From assembly GCA_964016885.1 (NCBI GenBank), contig OZ024755.1, positions 4,588,001 to 4,652,000 of the forward strand: a stretch of 64,000 nucleotides of DNA, read 5' to 3'. The stretch is from Eledone cirrhosa (taxonomy: Eukaryota). The position numbers and the translations under genes were made by a program. Below the pieces are notes generated by a model that worked only from the letters and a program-made list of their open reading frames with translations, ran no database searches and was not told the origin of the DNA. Positions 37,790 through 50,440 of this stretch are shown piece after piece; position 1 is the first letter of the stretch; every line of letters starts with the position of its first letter.

Positions 37790-38655
37790 GGTATACGATC
37801 ATAATGTCGTGGGTTCGATTCCATTCCTAGACTGGATGTGTTCTTGAGCAAAACACTTGATTTCATGTTGCTCCAGTATACTCAGTTGAAAATGAATACC
37901 AGTAATAGCTGGGGGTGAGGGTTAACTCTGCAATGGACCGGTGTCCTGTCCAGAGGAAGTCTTCTAATCTCGGTTACTTCACGCCACGGAAACCTGGGTA
38001 GGCTCCGTCCTGTTGAGACCCCGGGTTCGAGACTGGCGTCGTGACCAGGGGTGAGTATTTCACTGTCAGTCACTTGACGCCATGGAAACCTGGGTAGGCT
38101 CCGTCCTGTTGAGACCCCGGGTTCGAGACTGGCGTCGTGACCAGGGGTGAGTATTTCACTGTCAGTCACTTGACGCCATGGAAACCTGGGTAGGCTCCGT
38201 CCTGTTGAGACCCCGGGTTCGAGACTGGCGTCGTGACCAGGGGTGAGTATTTCACTGTCAGTCACTTGACGCCATGGAAACCTGGGTAGGCTCCGTCCTG
38301 TTGAGACCCTGGGTTCGAGACTGGCGTCGTGACCAGGGGTGAGTATTTCACTGTCAGTCACTTGACGCCATGGAAACCTGGGTAGGCTCCGTCCTGTTGA
38401 GACCCTGGGTTCGAGACTGGCGTCGTGACCAGGGGTGAGTATTTCACTGTCAGTCACTTGACGCCATGGAAACCTGGGTAGGCTCCGTCCTGTTGAGACC
38501 CTGGGTTCGAGACTGGCGTCGTGACCAGGGGTGAGTATTTCACTGTCAGTCACTTGACGCCATGGAAACCTGGGTAAACGCCGTCCTGTTGAGACCCTGG
38601 GTTCGAGACTGGCGTCGTGACCAGGGGTGAGTATTTCACCTCAGACAGACTTTAG
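37790..38655 (+). repeat. SINE with 3' module expanded into a 96-bp tandem array (about 7 units)
   Basis: B-box gggttcgattcc and cttgagcaaaacactt core, then near-identical 96-bp units (32-aa periodicity in ORF 37882..38553). Confidence 0.85.
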
Positions 38656-38724
38656 ACATTTTTGTTTCTAAAAATGTTATATTTAGAATGTTTTTGTGGT
38701 GGTTACAGCCCTGAACGGGGCACC

Positions 38725-39010
38725 CAGAGTTGGATTTAGACGTTAAGGGACCCGGGGCACTTCGGGTTGTGGGTGCTCATACACACAGCAAACCCACCAA
38801 TTTTATATATCAAAGTTAGCTTGGCGCAAGTAATAGGAATTGAAGTTAGACATACTGGTATTAAATTCAAACATTCTAACCATCCTAAAACTAAAATGTC
38901 CAGTTGAGGGCACAAATACATTGCTACGGCCGTCGCTGGTGCCCGCCCCTCACTGCAGGGCACCCGGGGCAACGCCCCCATCCTTCGATCCTCCATTAAA
39001 TCCGTCCCTG
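38725..39010. mobile_element. hAT-like MITE
   Basis: Imperfect TIRs cagagttggattta / taaatccgtccctg with 8-bp flanks ggggcacc / ggaacacc. A paralogous empty site lies at about 36310-36340. Confidence 0.7.
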
Positions 39011-39894
39011 GGAACACCTGTAAGTTAAAGGTATTTCGTTTGTGAACATACCATGTTTTGTTTACATACGTCTACAATGGTCCACGGTGCCGTTCTTTCT
39101 AAAGACTTGATTAAAGGGAATGAATTTGGCTGCTATTTCTAGCAAGTCGATCGATCACGTAGTGGCTCTCTCGTTGCGTCATAAACTCACTCAATTGGTG
39201 TGTATCGAATATATAGAGAAAAAGTCGACGAACAAACTGACCCACGGCACGTGTAAGACGCATATTTAAATATAGAACTTCACGTACAGGTGGGAAAAGA
39301 GAGAGTGTATGTGAGAGAGAGGGAGTGTGTGAGAGGAGAGTATGTGTGTTTCAGAGAGTGTGAGAGGACAGTATGTGTGTTTCAGAGAGAGTATGTGTTT
39401 CAGAGAGACAGTATGAGGGGGAAAAGAGGAAGTGTGTGTGTGTGAGAGGGAGAGTAAGAGTGTGTGTGTCTAAGAGAGAAAGAGAGAGTATGAGGGGGAA
39501 AAGAGAAAGTGTTTGTGTGTGTGAGGAAGTGAGAGCGTGCGTGAGAGAGAGAGAAAGCGAGAAAGAAAGTGTGAGAGAGAATAAGACTGTGTGTAAGATA
39601 GAGAGAGAAAGAGAAAGAGACAGTAAGAGTGTGTGTGTGTGAGAGAAAGTGATAGCCTAAGAGTGTGTATGTATGAGAGAGAGAGAGAAAGAGTGGGGGT
39701 GAATAATTAAGCGTTTTCTCCAATTGCAAATGTCGTATTGTAAGCGTTCGGTGGTGGAGAGTGAGAATTTGTGTTTGTGTCGCCTCCTCTGGTTGGCTTA
39801 TTAAATAAGTTAGTTACTAGTACGCACTCTTAGAGAGTATTACTTGTAAAATTGATTCCATTCTAATCGCTGTGTTTATTTATGGTTACCCAGG

Positions 39895-39987
39895 ATGAGG
39901 ATATCGTGCCTGATTTCTGAGGCAAACGATGTGGTCCATGAAGTCCTCGTCAAACAGAAAGCCAAGGGGCAAGATTGCCTTGATCAA
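39895..39987 (+). CDS. MYLIP: First coding exon of E3 ubiquitin ligase MYLIP/IDOL (dnr1-like), FERM N-terminus; partial gene
   Basis: ATG...CAA|gtaagt encodes MRISCLISEANDVVHEVLVKQKAKGQDCLDQ, which aligns with my recollection of human MYLIP [29 protein letters not shown] and ends at a perfect phase 0 donor. No downstream exon was found in the window. Confidence 0.8.
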
Positions 39988-40327
39988 GTAAGTACACAGA
40001 TTTTGCAAAGCTTCACGCTTTTAGCTTTTTTATATTTTTCTTCTCATTCTTACTTGAAGCTTTAATTATCAAATCCAATTTATACACCGAACGTACCTAG
40101 AAATACGTGCATAAACCATACTAAACACACACACACACGGATATATATATATATATCATCATCATTTTACCTTCGCTTTTCCCTGCTTGGAAGGGTGGGA
40201 CATATATATAATATAGAAATGGCTTCTACAGGACTAGAACTGTTTCATTCGAAGGCAATCATCTGCTATGTGTTGAGTACCTTACTTACTGTGGTTACCC
40301 CCGATTGAACCTGGGATACACACACAC

Positions 40328-40367
<40 letters not shown>

Positions 40368-40454
40368 ATTTATGTATATATGGTGTAGTGAATTACGTAA
40401 AAATCTGTTTTTATCCAAAGTTGGTAGAGCACTTAATCGAAGGGACGAGTTGCA

Positions 40455-40815
40455 ATGTATGCATGCACGCATATATGTATGCATGCATGTATATATGCAT
40501 GCATATATGCATGCATGCATATATGTATGCATGCATGTATGTATGCATGCATATATGTATGCATGTATATATGCATGCATATATGTATGAGTGTATATAT
40601 GTATGCGTGTATATGTACATGCATATATGTATGCGTGTATATGTACATGCATATATGTATGCATGTATATATACATGCATATATGTATGCATGTATATAT
40701 ACATGCATATATGTATGCATGTATATATACATGCATATATGTATGCATGTATATATACATGCATATATGTATGCATGTATATATGTATGCATGTATATAT
40801 GCATGTATACATGTA
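40455..40815. repeat. Compound ATGC/ATAT/GTAT microsatellite
   Basis: Alternating purine-pyrimidine tract; source of several spurious ORFs. Confidence 0.9.
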
Positions 40816-41483
40816 TACCCCCGCTTCAGACTTTGGTTCCTTGTAACTTTCTTAATAATAGAAGTAATCCCATTATTTTCATGTTTTAATGGAATATGAC
40901 GAAGCTGTAATATCGAAGGTGTAGCTTATATTGACATTTCTGTTTGTCAGCAATTCACACTTGTACAAATCCTTCATTGTTATTTCCAATACCATAGAAT
41001 TAGAAATATAATAATAACAATAAAGATTTCTACGTTAGGCACAAGGCCAGCAATTTGGGAGGGAGGAGGGTCGATTAAATCGACACCAGTCCATTACTGG
41101 TACTTTATTTTATCGACCGATCCAGTAAGGATTTGAACTCGGATCGTAAAGAGCCATAACTCTGTGCCACAGCGCAAGGTGTCCGACACAATCATAATGG
41201 TTTCTTTATTTGGCTACAAATAATAAAACCTTTGTGTTTACGTTTAGCCTGTTATAAATAAAGATCGGAATTGTTTAATGAATAAAAACATTAAGGAATG
41301 AATATCTTTTAATATTTAATTTAAATTTTGTATTTGTTGTTCCTATTTCATTTTTTTTTATTTTTTTTAAGTTATGAGGAAATAAAGCCGTGGTTTTGTT
41401 GGGGGGTCACTTGTTGGAAAATAAGAAAATATTTCGTCTAATTTACCGATTTTATTCCATTTTTACACGTCGGTTTGTGTGTG

Positions 41484-41549
<66 letters not shown>

Positions 41550-41949
41550 CACTCACAAACCGACGAGGAAAACCTAGCGAATCCTATGAGTACGCTGAGA
41601 TGCAACCGGTCCCAGCATTAATACATATGCTGAGTCCGTCAACTTTATATATATGAAAAGAAAAGAATGACTTCACTTGTTTCAAATATACCTAACTGTA
41701 CCTCAGACATTTATATACTAACAAAGAAATAATTCACCAAGTTTAAACACTTAATATATTATTTATTTGAATCTACCCGTGTTTCATTCGCTTATCAACA
41801 TATAGAATTATATATATATATATATATATAGTGGTAGAACACTGGAAGGTAATATCCGTAGTGGTAGAGCACTCTGTCCATGGGACGAGTTAGGTAGAAG
41901 TGGTTACAACAGTTAGTTCTCGGTATGGTGAACTAACTGTTGTGTAACC

Positions 41950-41980
<31 letters not shown>

Positions 41981-42014
41981 TAATAAATGGAAACTATATT
42001 TATAAAACCATATT

Positions 42015-42080
42015 TATTTTATTATACATATTTCAAGGGCAACCAAGGCAAATTATGGTGCGCTTTCATCAGATAAAATA
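42015..42080 (-). ncRNA. Type I minimal hammerhead ribozyme (copy A1)
   Basis: Minus strand: UAUUUUAU-CUGAUGA-AAGCGCACCA...UGGUUGCCCUU-GAA-AUAUGUAU-A-AUAAAAUA. 8-bp stem I, intact core, near-palindromic stem III, AUA cleavage triplet. Confidence 0.72.
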
Positions 42081-42146
42081 CAGATTTGTTTTATAAATAA
42101 ATAAATATTGACATACCCGGAATCCCAACAAATTAAATATAACCTC

Positions 42147-42190
<44 letters not shown>

Positions 42191-42467
42191 GAGAGAGAGA
42201 GAGAGACAGAGACCCTTCGGTCACGAATGACCATGGGATTTGTACCCTCCGGGGCACAAACCTGGGCAAGGTGTGTTTGTAGAAGACCAACAGTCACCTA
42301 TGTATACCAGTCTTCCCTCTCTCCATACCACCGATGTTGTCCAAGGTAAAGGTAATGGCTGATACAAGCTCGGCACCAGTGACATTGTAACTCATATCTA
42401 CAGCTGAGTGAACTGGAGCAACGTGAAATAAAGTGTCTTGCTCCAGAACTCAACGCAAAGTCCGGTC

Positions 42468-42501
<34 letters not shown>

Positions 42502-43267
42502 CTGTTTAGGGAATGAAACGTCCAGTTACTTGAGATTCTCTAGAGTGGGCACTAGATGCGTAGTTTCCAGTAGGTATATTGTTGTGATAATAATAAAAAG
42601 GACGCTGTGTTCGATCTTCATTACATTTATTGAGGTGCGACGCGCATTTCGCGATTGATCAGCTCGATTTGTATCGATCGGGCCCGACTCTGGAATTAAA
42701 AGCTCGTCGGACTTCTGTAACAGTAATATATATATATAATATATATATATGTGGTGACCCCCCCCCCCCTCCAAAAAAAATCAATGTACACACACTTTGA
42801 ATGGTGATATAAAAACAATGTTTATATAGAGTATTAAAGTTTTTTGTTATTCAAGACAAAGTAGTCAGGCTTATGATATTTTCAGTTATGACAAGTGTTC
42901 AAAATAATGACAATTCATTGCTGATAAAAGATGGTTGGAATATAGATGACTGAATTATTTCGTTTGGTATTTGGGTGCAATCCCTTTCAATCATATTTCG
43001 CCAGGTACCACTCACAAAATTACAACTTTTCGGTCTATATAATCTTAATTTTTCAATCTATATATTTGATTATATTTGCTCTGCATTTCCAATTTTTTCT
43101 CTTAAAAAAAAAAATCTAACTTTTCCTCAGACTAATAAACATATTGAGCTAATTCTGATATATAATTTGTTTACATACATTCGAGATTCGAGCTTTCTGT
43201 GTGTGTGTGTGTGTATATATATATACAATATATTAACAAATGGAAACTATATTTATAAAACCATATT

Positions 43268-43333
43268 TATTCTATTATACATATTTCAAGGGCCACCAAG
43301 GCAAATTATGGTGCGCTTTCATCAGATAAAATA
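43268..43333 (-). ncRNA. Type I minimal hammerhead ribozyme (copy A2)
   Basis: Same core as A1. Stem II is AAGCGCACCA/UGGUGGCCCUU; stem I has one G-U pair. Confidence 0.72.
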
Positions 43334-43447
43334 TAATACAGATTAGTTTTATAAATAAATATTGACATACCCTGAAAAAAAGACAACCTTAACGGTTGGA
43401 GCTTCCTGGATAAGCTTGTTAAATCCCAACAAATTAAATATAACCTC

Positions 43448-43488
<41 letters not shown>

Positions 43489-43901
43489 ACAGAATGTGAC
43501 AAGGCTGGCCTTTCGAACTACAGGTACAACTCATTTTTGCCAGCTAAAAGGACTGGGAGCAACGTGAAATAAAGTGTCTTGTGTATATATGTGTGTGTGT
43601 GTATATATATATATAAATGAAAGTATAGAAATTATTGTGAGCGTGAAGCCAACAGTATTTCATAATATATAAGTGACTATAACGTCAAAATGGAAATTAA
43701 TTAACGTAAGATGTGGGAAAATAATTCAAACTCAATTAAAAAAAGATCAAGACAGATTTATCCATAGAATTTTGTGAAATCCAGGGAAAAATCAATAGAG
43801 CCTTAACTTTGAATAAAATAAAGTTTAAATACTCATCCTTCAATTTGGAAAAACTATATATACACTAATTTAAGGTATCGTAGCATATATATATATATAT
43901 G

Positions 43902-43981
<80 letters not shown>

Positions 43982-44650
43982 GGCTTATGCCCGAAACGTC
44001 GTTCCCCACCCCACTCTCAAGAGCGTAAAACTAATAAACCTTTGTTCGTACTGCCTCTCTGTTTTGTTCCCGTTCCATTTTTCACTATATATACACACAC
44101 ATACACACACACTAATTTAAGGTATCATAGCATATATATATATATACACACACACATATATACACACACACATAATGTTTTTATCACTATTCAAAATGTG
44201 TATACATTTGTTTTGGGACACCCTGTTTGTAGAAGAAAACAGGTTTAGTAAATAGTAGGAAATATTGTCATTTTCCTATCCCGATCGCTATATGTCAATA
44301 ATAATAGCTGTGGCCTTTTTTCTTCTCCTTCCTCTGTATATATATGTCATATAAACTGCCAACTGTTGTTTAGTAAGACATTCTGAATAAAACAGAATGG
44401 CAGGTAGACAAAATTTTAATGTAAAAAGTGAGTCTTGTTACTCCAGAATTTTACCTGCTTGCTCACTTGCGCCATATTCGGAGCTAAGTTTAATTGATAG
44501 TAAGTAGGAGGAAAAATAATTAGTTTCTACTGAAATCGATGGGGGTGTTCTATAAATTTATCTTAATATATATCCATTTGTATAGGATGGCTTTCTTCTA
44601 AAGAAATCTGTATGTCTATCTATCTACCTGTCTGTCTATCTACCTAGATC

Positions 44651-45348
44651 TGTCCCGGATGCGTGTGCGACGAGGAAACCATTGCACACGCTTTGGTACA
44701 CTGCTCGGGCATTGCCGATCTGTGGGGCTATGTCGAACAACTGCTGTCAAGGGTGGGACCGATCCGGTTGACTACCGAGTCTATTGTAACGATCAAGCCG
44801 CCTCCCCTCTTCAAAAACGAAGGAGAGGCGGTGTTTCTGTGCGTAATAGCCATGGCGAAAGAGGTTGTATGGTGGACGCGTCTGAAAGGACTGAGGTCAG
44901 ACACTTTTCTCTCTGGCCAACAACTGGTCCGTTTCTTCCGATATCATTTCGGAAGAAGGATCAGGATGGAGAGAGAGGTGCTGCACCCCAGCCGTTTTTA
45001 TGAAAGATGGGTGAAAGTGGCGAGAATGGCCCGTGTGAATGGGCCTTCACTCTACATCAGACTATAGGTGAGGAAGATGAAAGACCAAGGGAGCACCCCC
45101 TCTCTGTGCTCCTGAGGCGAAGGGTTGCACACTTTTTTTTCGAGGGTGTGTGCGACCCCCCCCCCCCCCCCCCCCCCCCAAGGCGCCTCCTCTCTATTGA
45201 GGACTTTGTTATAAATTTTATTTTTTGTTATATTTTATTTTATTTTTATATATTGTTATTGCCTCCTCCTCATTGAGGACGCCTTGTTTTGTAAACTCCC
45301 CCCATTGTACTTGTCCCACTTTTGATGCCCTGGTGGCAAATAAAAGAA
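44651..45348 (+). mobile_element. L1/Tx1-like LINE 3' end (zinc knuckle plus 3' UTR)
   Basis: CP..C..DEETIAHALVHC...LWGYVEQLL...AKEVVWWTR...F.ERWV, then a poly-C tract and AATAAA, embedded in a TCTA-type microsatellite. Confidence 0.8.
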
Positions 45349-45349
45349 A

Positions 45350-46057
45350 CATATCTATATATCTACCTGTCTACCTGTCTGTCTATATATCTACCTGTCT
45401 ATATATCTACCTGTCTATATATCTACCTGTCTGTCTATCTACCTGTCTGTCTATCTACCTGTCTATCTATATATCTACCTGTCTGTCTATATATCTACCT
45501 GTCTGTCTATATATCTACCTGTCTGTCTATATATCTACCTGTCTATCTATATATCTACCTGTCTGTCTATATATCTACCTGTCTATCTATATATCTACCT
45601 GTCTATCTATATATCTACCTGTCTGTCTATATATCTACCTGTCTATCTATATATCTACCTGTCTGTCTATATATCTACCTGTCTATCTATATATCTACCT
45701 GTCTATCTATATATCTACCTGTCTGTCTATATATCTACCTGTCTGTCTATCTATCTACCTGTCTGTCTATCTATCTACCTGTCTGTCTATCTATCTACCT
45801 GTCTGTCTATCTATCTACCTGTCTATCTATCTATCTACCTGTCTATCTATCTATCTATCTATATATCTATCTGTCTGTCTATATATCTACCTGGCTATAT
45901 ATCTACCTGTCTGTCTATCTACCTGTCTATCTATATATCTACCTGTCTATATATCTGTCTACCTGTCTGTCTATCTACCTGTCTATCTATATATCTACCT
46001 GTCTATATATCTGTCTACCTGTCTGTCTATCTACCTGTCTGTCTATCTACCTGTCTG
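45350..46057. repeat. TCTA-derived 20-bp minisatellite (atatctacctgtctgtctat)
   Basis: About 35 units. Confidence 0.93.
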
Positions 46058-46202
46058 TCCGGCTGCTTTTGGAATTTGTGCTTTGTTATTGTCCGAAAAT
46101 AGATACATAAATATATATGTTTAATTATATAGATTGACTGTCAGACTGATATAGAGATAGCTAGACAGGTAGGTAAGTAGGCAGGTAGGTAGGTAGATAG
46201 AT

Positions 46203-46507
46203 AAATTTCTTTATTAGCCACAAGGACACAAAAGAAGGGGACAAATACAAATGGGGAGTTTACATACAGGTATATGAAAATAAAACTATTAATACAATAA
46301 CAAATAACAATTGAAATCCCAAATAGGGAGGAGGTGTTACACAGGGGTTGTACACACCCCGAAAAAATGTACAACCCTCATCTCCAGGAGCACCAAGAGT
46401 GAGTACTCCCCTCCTCTCTTCCTCTTTTTCCTCAACCTACAGGCTTATATAGAGAGAAGGCCCAACCACTCGGGCCATCTTTGCCACATTCACCCACCTT
46501 TTATAAA
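46203..46507 (-). mobile_element. Second Tx1-like 3' end, inverted relative to 44651-45348
   Basis: Reverse complement ttttataaaaggtgggtgaatgtggcaaagatggcccgagtg matches about 44996-45040 and ends gtggctaataaagaaa. Confidence 0.75.
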
Positions 46508-46894
46508 AGGTAGGTAGCTAGGTAGAGAGATATATAGATAGGTAAGTAGGTAGAGAGGTAGGTAGGTAGGTAGATGGATAGGTAGAGAGATAGATAGATA
46601 GATAGGTTGATTGAGTAATAGATAGGTAAGGTAGATATTTTATTGACTTTTATTTTCAAGATACCAGCATCAGAAAATAGGTTGTACCTCATGCTGGTGC
46701 CATGATAAATAGCACCCAGTCTACCCAGTCTACCCCGTAAAGTGGTAGTGTTGGTGTCACGACGAAACATTCCACTCTGTAAGGTGGTATTGCTGGTGCC
46801 ACAACAAATGTGTGTGTGTGTATATATATATATACATATTAATAATTCAAGAAAACACTAGTTAAATAGGGACATTTGTATTTCAGTCATGTGT

Positions 46895-47580
46895 TGTTAA
46901 TGTTGAGCTGTGTCTGTTGATTTTGAGCTGTGCCCATTGATGTTGAGCTGTGCCCATTGATGTTGAGCTGTGCCCATTAATGTTGAGCTGTGTCTGTTGA
47001 TGTTCAACTGTGTTTGTTGATGTTGAACTGTCTTAAAGTTGAACTGTGCCCATTAAAGTTGAACTGTGCCCATTAAAGTTGAACTGTGCCCATTAATGTT
47101 GAGCTGTGCCCGTTAATGTTGAGCTGTGCCCGTTAATGTTGAGCTGTGCCCGTTAATGTTGAGCTGTGCCCGTTGATGTTGAGCTGTGTCTGTTGATGTT
47201 CAGCTGTGTTTGTTGATGTTGAACTGTCTTAAAGTTGAACTGTGCCCATTAAAGTTGAACTGTGCCCATTAAAGTTGAACTGTGCCCATTAAAGTTGAAC
47301 TGTGCCCATTAAAGTTGAACTGTGCCCGTTAATGTTGAGCTGTGCCCGTTAATGTTGAGCTGTGCCCGTTAATGTTGAGCTGTGCCCGTTAATGTTGAGC
47401 TGTGCCCGTTAATGTTGAGCTGTGCCCGTTAATGTTGAGCTGTGCCCGTTAATGTTGAGCTGTGCCCGTTAATGTTGAGCTGTGCCCGTTGATGTTGAGC
47501 TGTGTCTGTTGATGTTGAGCTGTGTCTTGATGTTCAGCTGTGTCTTGATGTTCAGCTGTGTCTTGATGTTCAGCTGTGCT
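46895..47580. repeat. Minisatellite, 20-bp unit tgttgagctgtgcccgttaa
   Basis: About 34 units with higher-order block duplication. Confidence 0.94.
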
Positions 47581-48309
47581 TGCTCTGATTCTACTGAACA
47601 ATGTAGCATTCATTCTATTTATTTATATTTGGGGAGGGTCATTTCAGACAAACCTTTCTATTATAGAACTTATTTCCTTGCTATTGTTAAGTTCTAATAA
47701 AACTGGTTCATCACTGTTTAACGTCCATTTTTTTCACACTAGCATGGGTTAGACAAGTTGTCCCGTTGTAAGACAAGCCAGATCAGATGACTATATCTTG
47801 CTCACACTGGACCAATTTTGGCGTGGTTTCTATGGCTGGATGCCCTTCTTAATGCCAACCACCTTCTGAGTTGAATCAAGTCCTGTGGGTCCCATCCCAA
47901 TAAAACTAATCTCCTGACCACCTCATCAGCATAGTTTTGATTTAAATGAGTGGGCAGTTAAAATCCTCTTATAAATATAACATGGAGAGGGATGGTTTCT
48001 TACTAAGCTGGCTTAACTAAAGATTATTCTAGATTAGGACAAACCATCTAAATTGGTGCCACTCTGACCAAATGGGTTATGAGGCTCACCGACACCTTTA
48101 ATTTACTTAAACCAGTAAATAATTGATATAAAAATTCATTGACAATTAAAATAACTCATACATACACATATTTGTTAGCCAGCTGTCTCATGTTTTCTTT
48201 AATAAACTTAAGATGGTAATAGTTTGTTCATAAAAAACGAGAATGATGTGTTGAGGTTCTGTATAGTTTTCATTTATTTATTAACATTGTGTCTGAAGAT
48301 GTGATGGAT

Positions 48310-48793
48310 CATCCCCTGTCAACTTGGTACCCAAGACATCGCCATCCCCTGTCAACCTGGTACCCAAGACATTGCCATCCCCTGTCAACCTGGTACCCAA
48401 GACATTGCCATCCCCTGTCAACCTGGTACCCAAGACATTGCCATCCCCTGTCAACCTGGTACCCAAGACATTGCCATCCCCTGTCAACCTGGTACCCAAG
48501 ACATTGCCATCCCCTGTCAACCTGGTACCCAAGACATTGCCATCCCCTGTCAACCTGGTACCCAAGACATTGCCATCCCCTGTCAACCTGGTACCCAAGA
48601 CATTGCCATCCCCTGTCAACCTGGTACCCAAGACATTGCCATCCCCTGTCAACCTGGTACCCAAGACATTGCCATCCCCTGTCAACCTGGTACCCAAGAC
48701 ATTGCCATCCCCTGTCAACCTGGTACCCAAGACATTGCCATCCCCTGTCAACCTGGTACCCAAGACATCGCCATCCCCTGTCAACCTGGTACT
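48310..48793. repeat. Minisatellite, 33-bp unit ccatcccctgtcaacctggtacccaagacattg
   Basis: About 14.5 nearly identical units. Confidence 0.96.
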
Positions 48794-49854
48794 CTAGAGC
48801 TCTCCATCTCTTGTAAACCTGGTACTCTATTGACTACACAAATTAATTGTCTCACCTATACAACACACCTTTATCACCAGAAATGGTAGAATTCTAGACT
48901 ACATCACAGTATTTATAGTTTTGTCATATTCTCAGTTCAAATCCTACTTGAGGCTGATGTTTGCTTTCCATCTCTCTGTAATCAATAGAATACCAGTTGG
49001 TAATGTTGATTCAATCAACACTACGCCCCTCCTTTCCTACAATTCTTGTCCTACTTCTCTAAAGACCAGAGATAAAAATATTAATGAAATTAAGATGGTA
49101 GTGTGGCAAATATAGTCGTATTATGCTAGACTAAATAAATGTTTTCTTTCGTCCTTCTACAACCAAGATTCATCTCTTATCAAGGTTGAATTTTGTCATC
49201 ATTCCAGTTATCAATAAAATAACTGCCATTATTCCACTGATTATATTCCTTCCGTGTCAATTTGTCCAATGTAAGAGATCAATATTTTTAGGTGTGGTAA
49301 GAAAATCATCATCATCATTTAATGTTATTTTTTTCTATGCTTGCCTGGGTTAGAAGGGTTTTCATGTTATGAGTCAAGTCAGGTTCGGAGACCATGTCTT
49401 GCTCATATGGATCTTATCTGATCTGTATTTTGGCTTGGTTTCTACAGCTGTTAGTGTTGACTGGGTGATTTTTATCATGCCACCGAAATAACTATCTAAC
49501 AGGGTGGATTGGGTGCTTTTTGTTGTCACCAGCACAACCACCTAACAGGGTGCTTTTGTCATGTCACCAATGCAAATCAGGTTAGTAATGAAATGAGCAA
49601 GGAAAGAATTAATACTTAAAAAGAATTCATCTCCTCTCCTACACATACAATTTTGTTTTAACTATAGCGTTAGAGATGTTTAAGTCAAACTTTTAAACCA
49701 TTTCAATCTTATCTCCATCCAAGTACTAAGTACTGCCCTGTCTTCCTGATTTAAGCTATATAAAGACAAGATTATTCAATACACCTGTAAAACTTAGATG
49801 TGAAAATTAGTTGAACTAAGAATTAAGACTGTTATAGATTCTCTTTGCTATGAG

Positions 49855-50440
49855 TTCACTATCACACTTTACAGTCACATTATCACACTTTACAGTCACA
49901 TTATCACACTTTACAGTCACATTATCACACTTTACAGTCACATTATCACACTTTACAGTCACATTATCACACTTTACAGTCACACTAACACACTTTACAG
50001 TCACACTACCACACTTTGGTCTTTCTACAGTCACACTACCACACTTTGGTCTTTCTACAGTCACACTACCACACTTTGGTCTTTCTACAGTCACGCTATA
50101 ACACTTTAGTCACACTACCACACTTTGGTCTTTCTACAGTCACACTACCACACTTTGGTCTTTCTACAGTCACACTACCACACTTTAGTCTTTTTACAGT
50201 CACACTACCACACTTTAGTCTTTTTACAGTCACACTACCACACTTTAGTCTTTTTACAGTCACACTACCACACTTTGGTCTTTCTACAGTCACACTACCA
50301 CACTTTGGTCTTTCTACAGTCACGCTATAACACTTTAGTCACACTACCACATTTTGGTCTTTCTACAGTCACACTACCACACTTTAGTCACACTACCACA
50401 TTTTGGTCTTTCTACAGTCACACTACCACACTTTAGTCAT
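49855..50440. repeat. Compound minisatellite, 21-bp then 30-bp units
   Basis: cacactttacagtcacattat followed by cacactaccacactttggtctttctacagt. Confidence 0.93.

Noticed and set aside
39180-39890. LXR DR4 element as in the mammalian IDOL promoter
   Set aside because: Only a single TGACCC half-site at about 39238; no DR4.
45225-46124. Long ORFs in the track (299 aa here and at 54798-55697, 223 aa at 37882-38553, 175 aa at 48289-48816, and poly-YI/CV/T ORFs)
   Set aside because: They are translations of stop-free tandem repeats with no splice or domain support.
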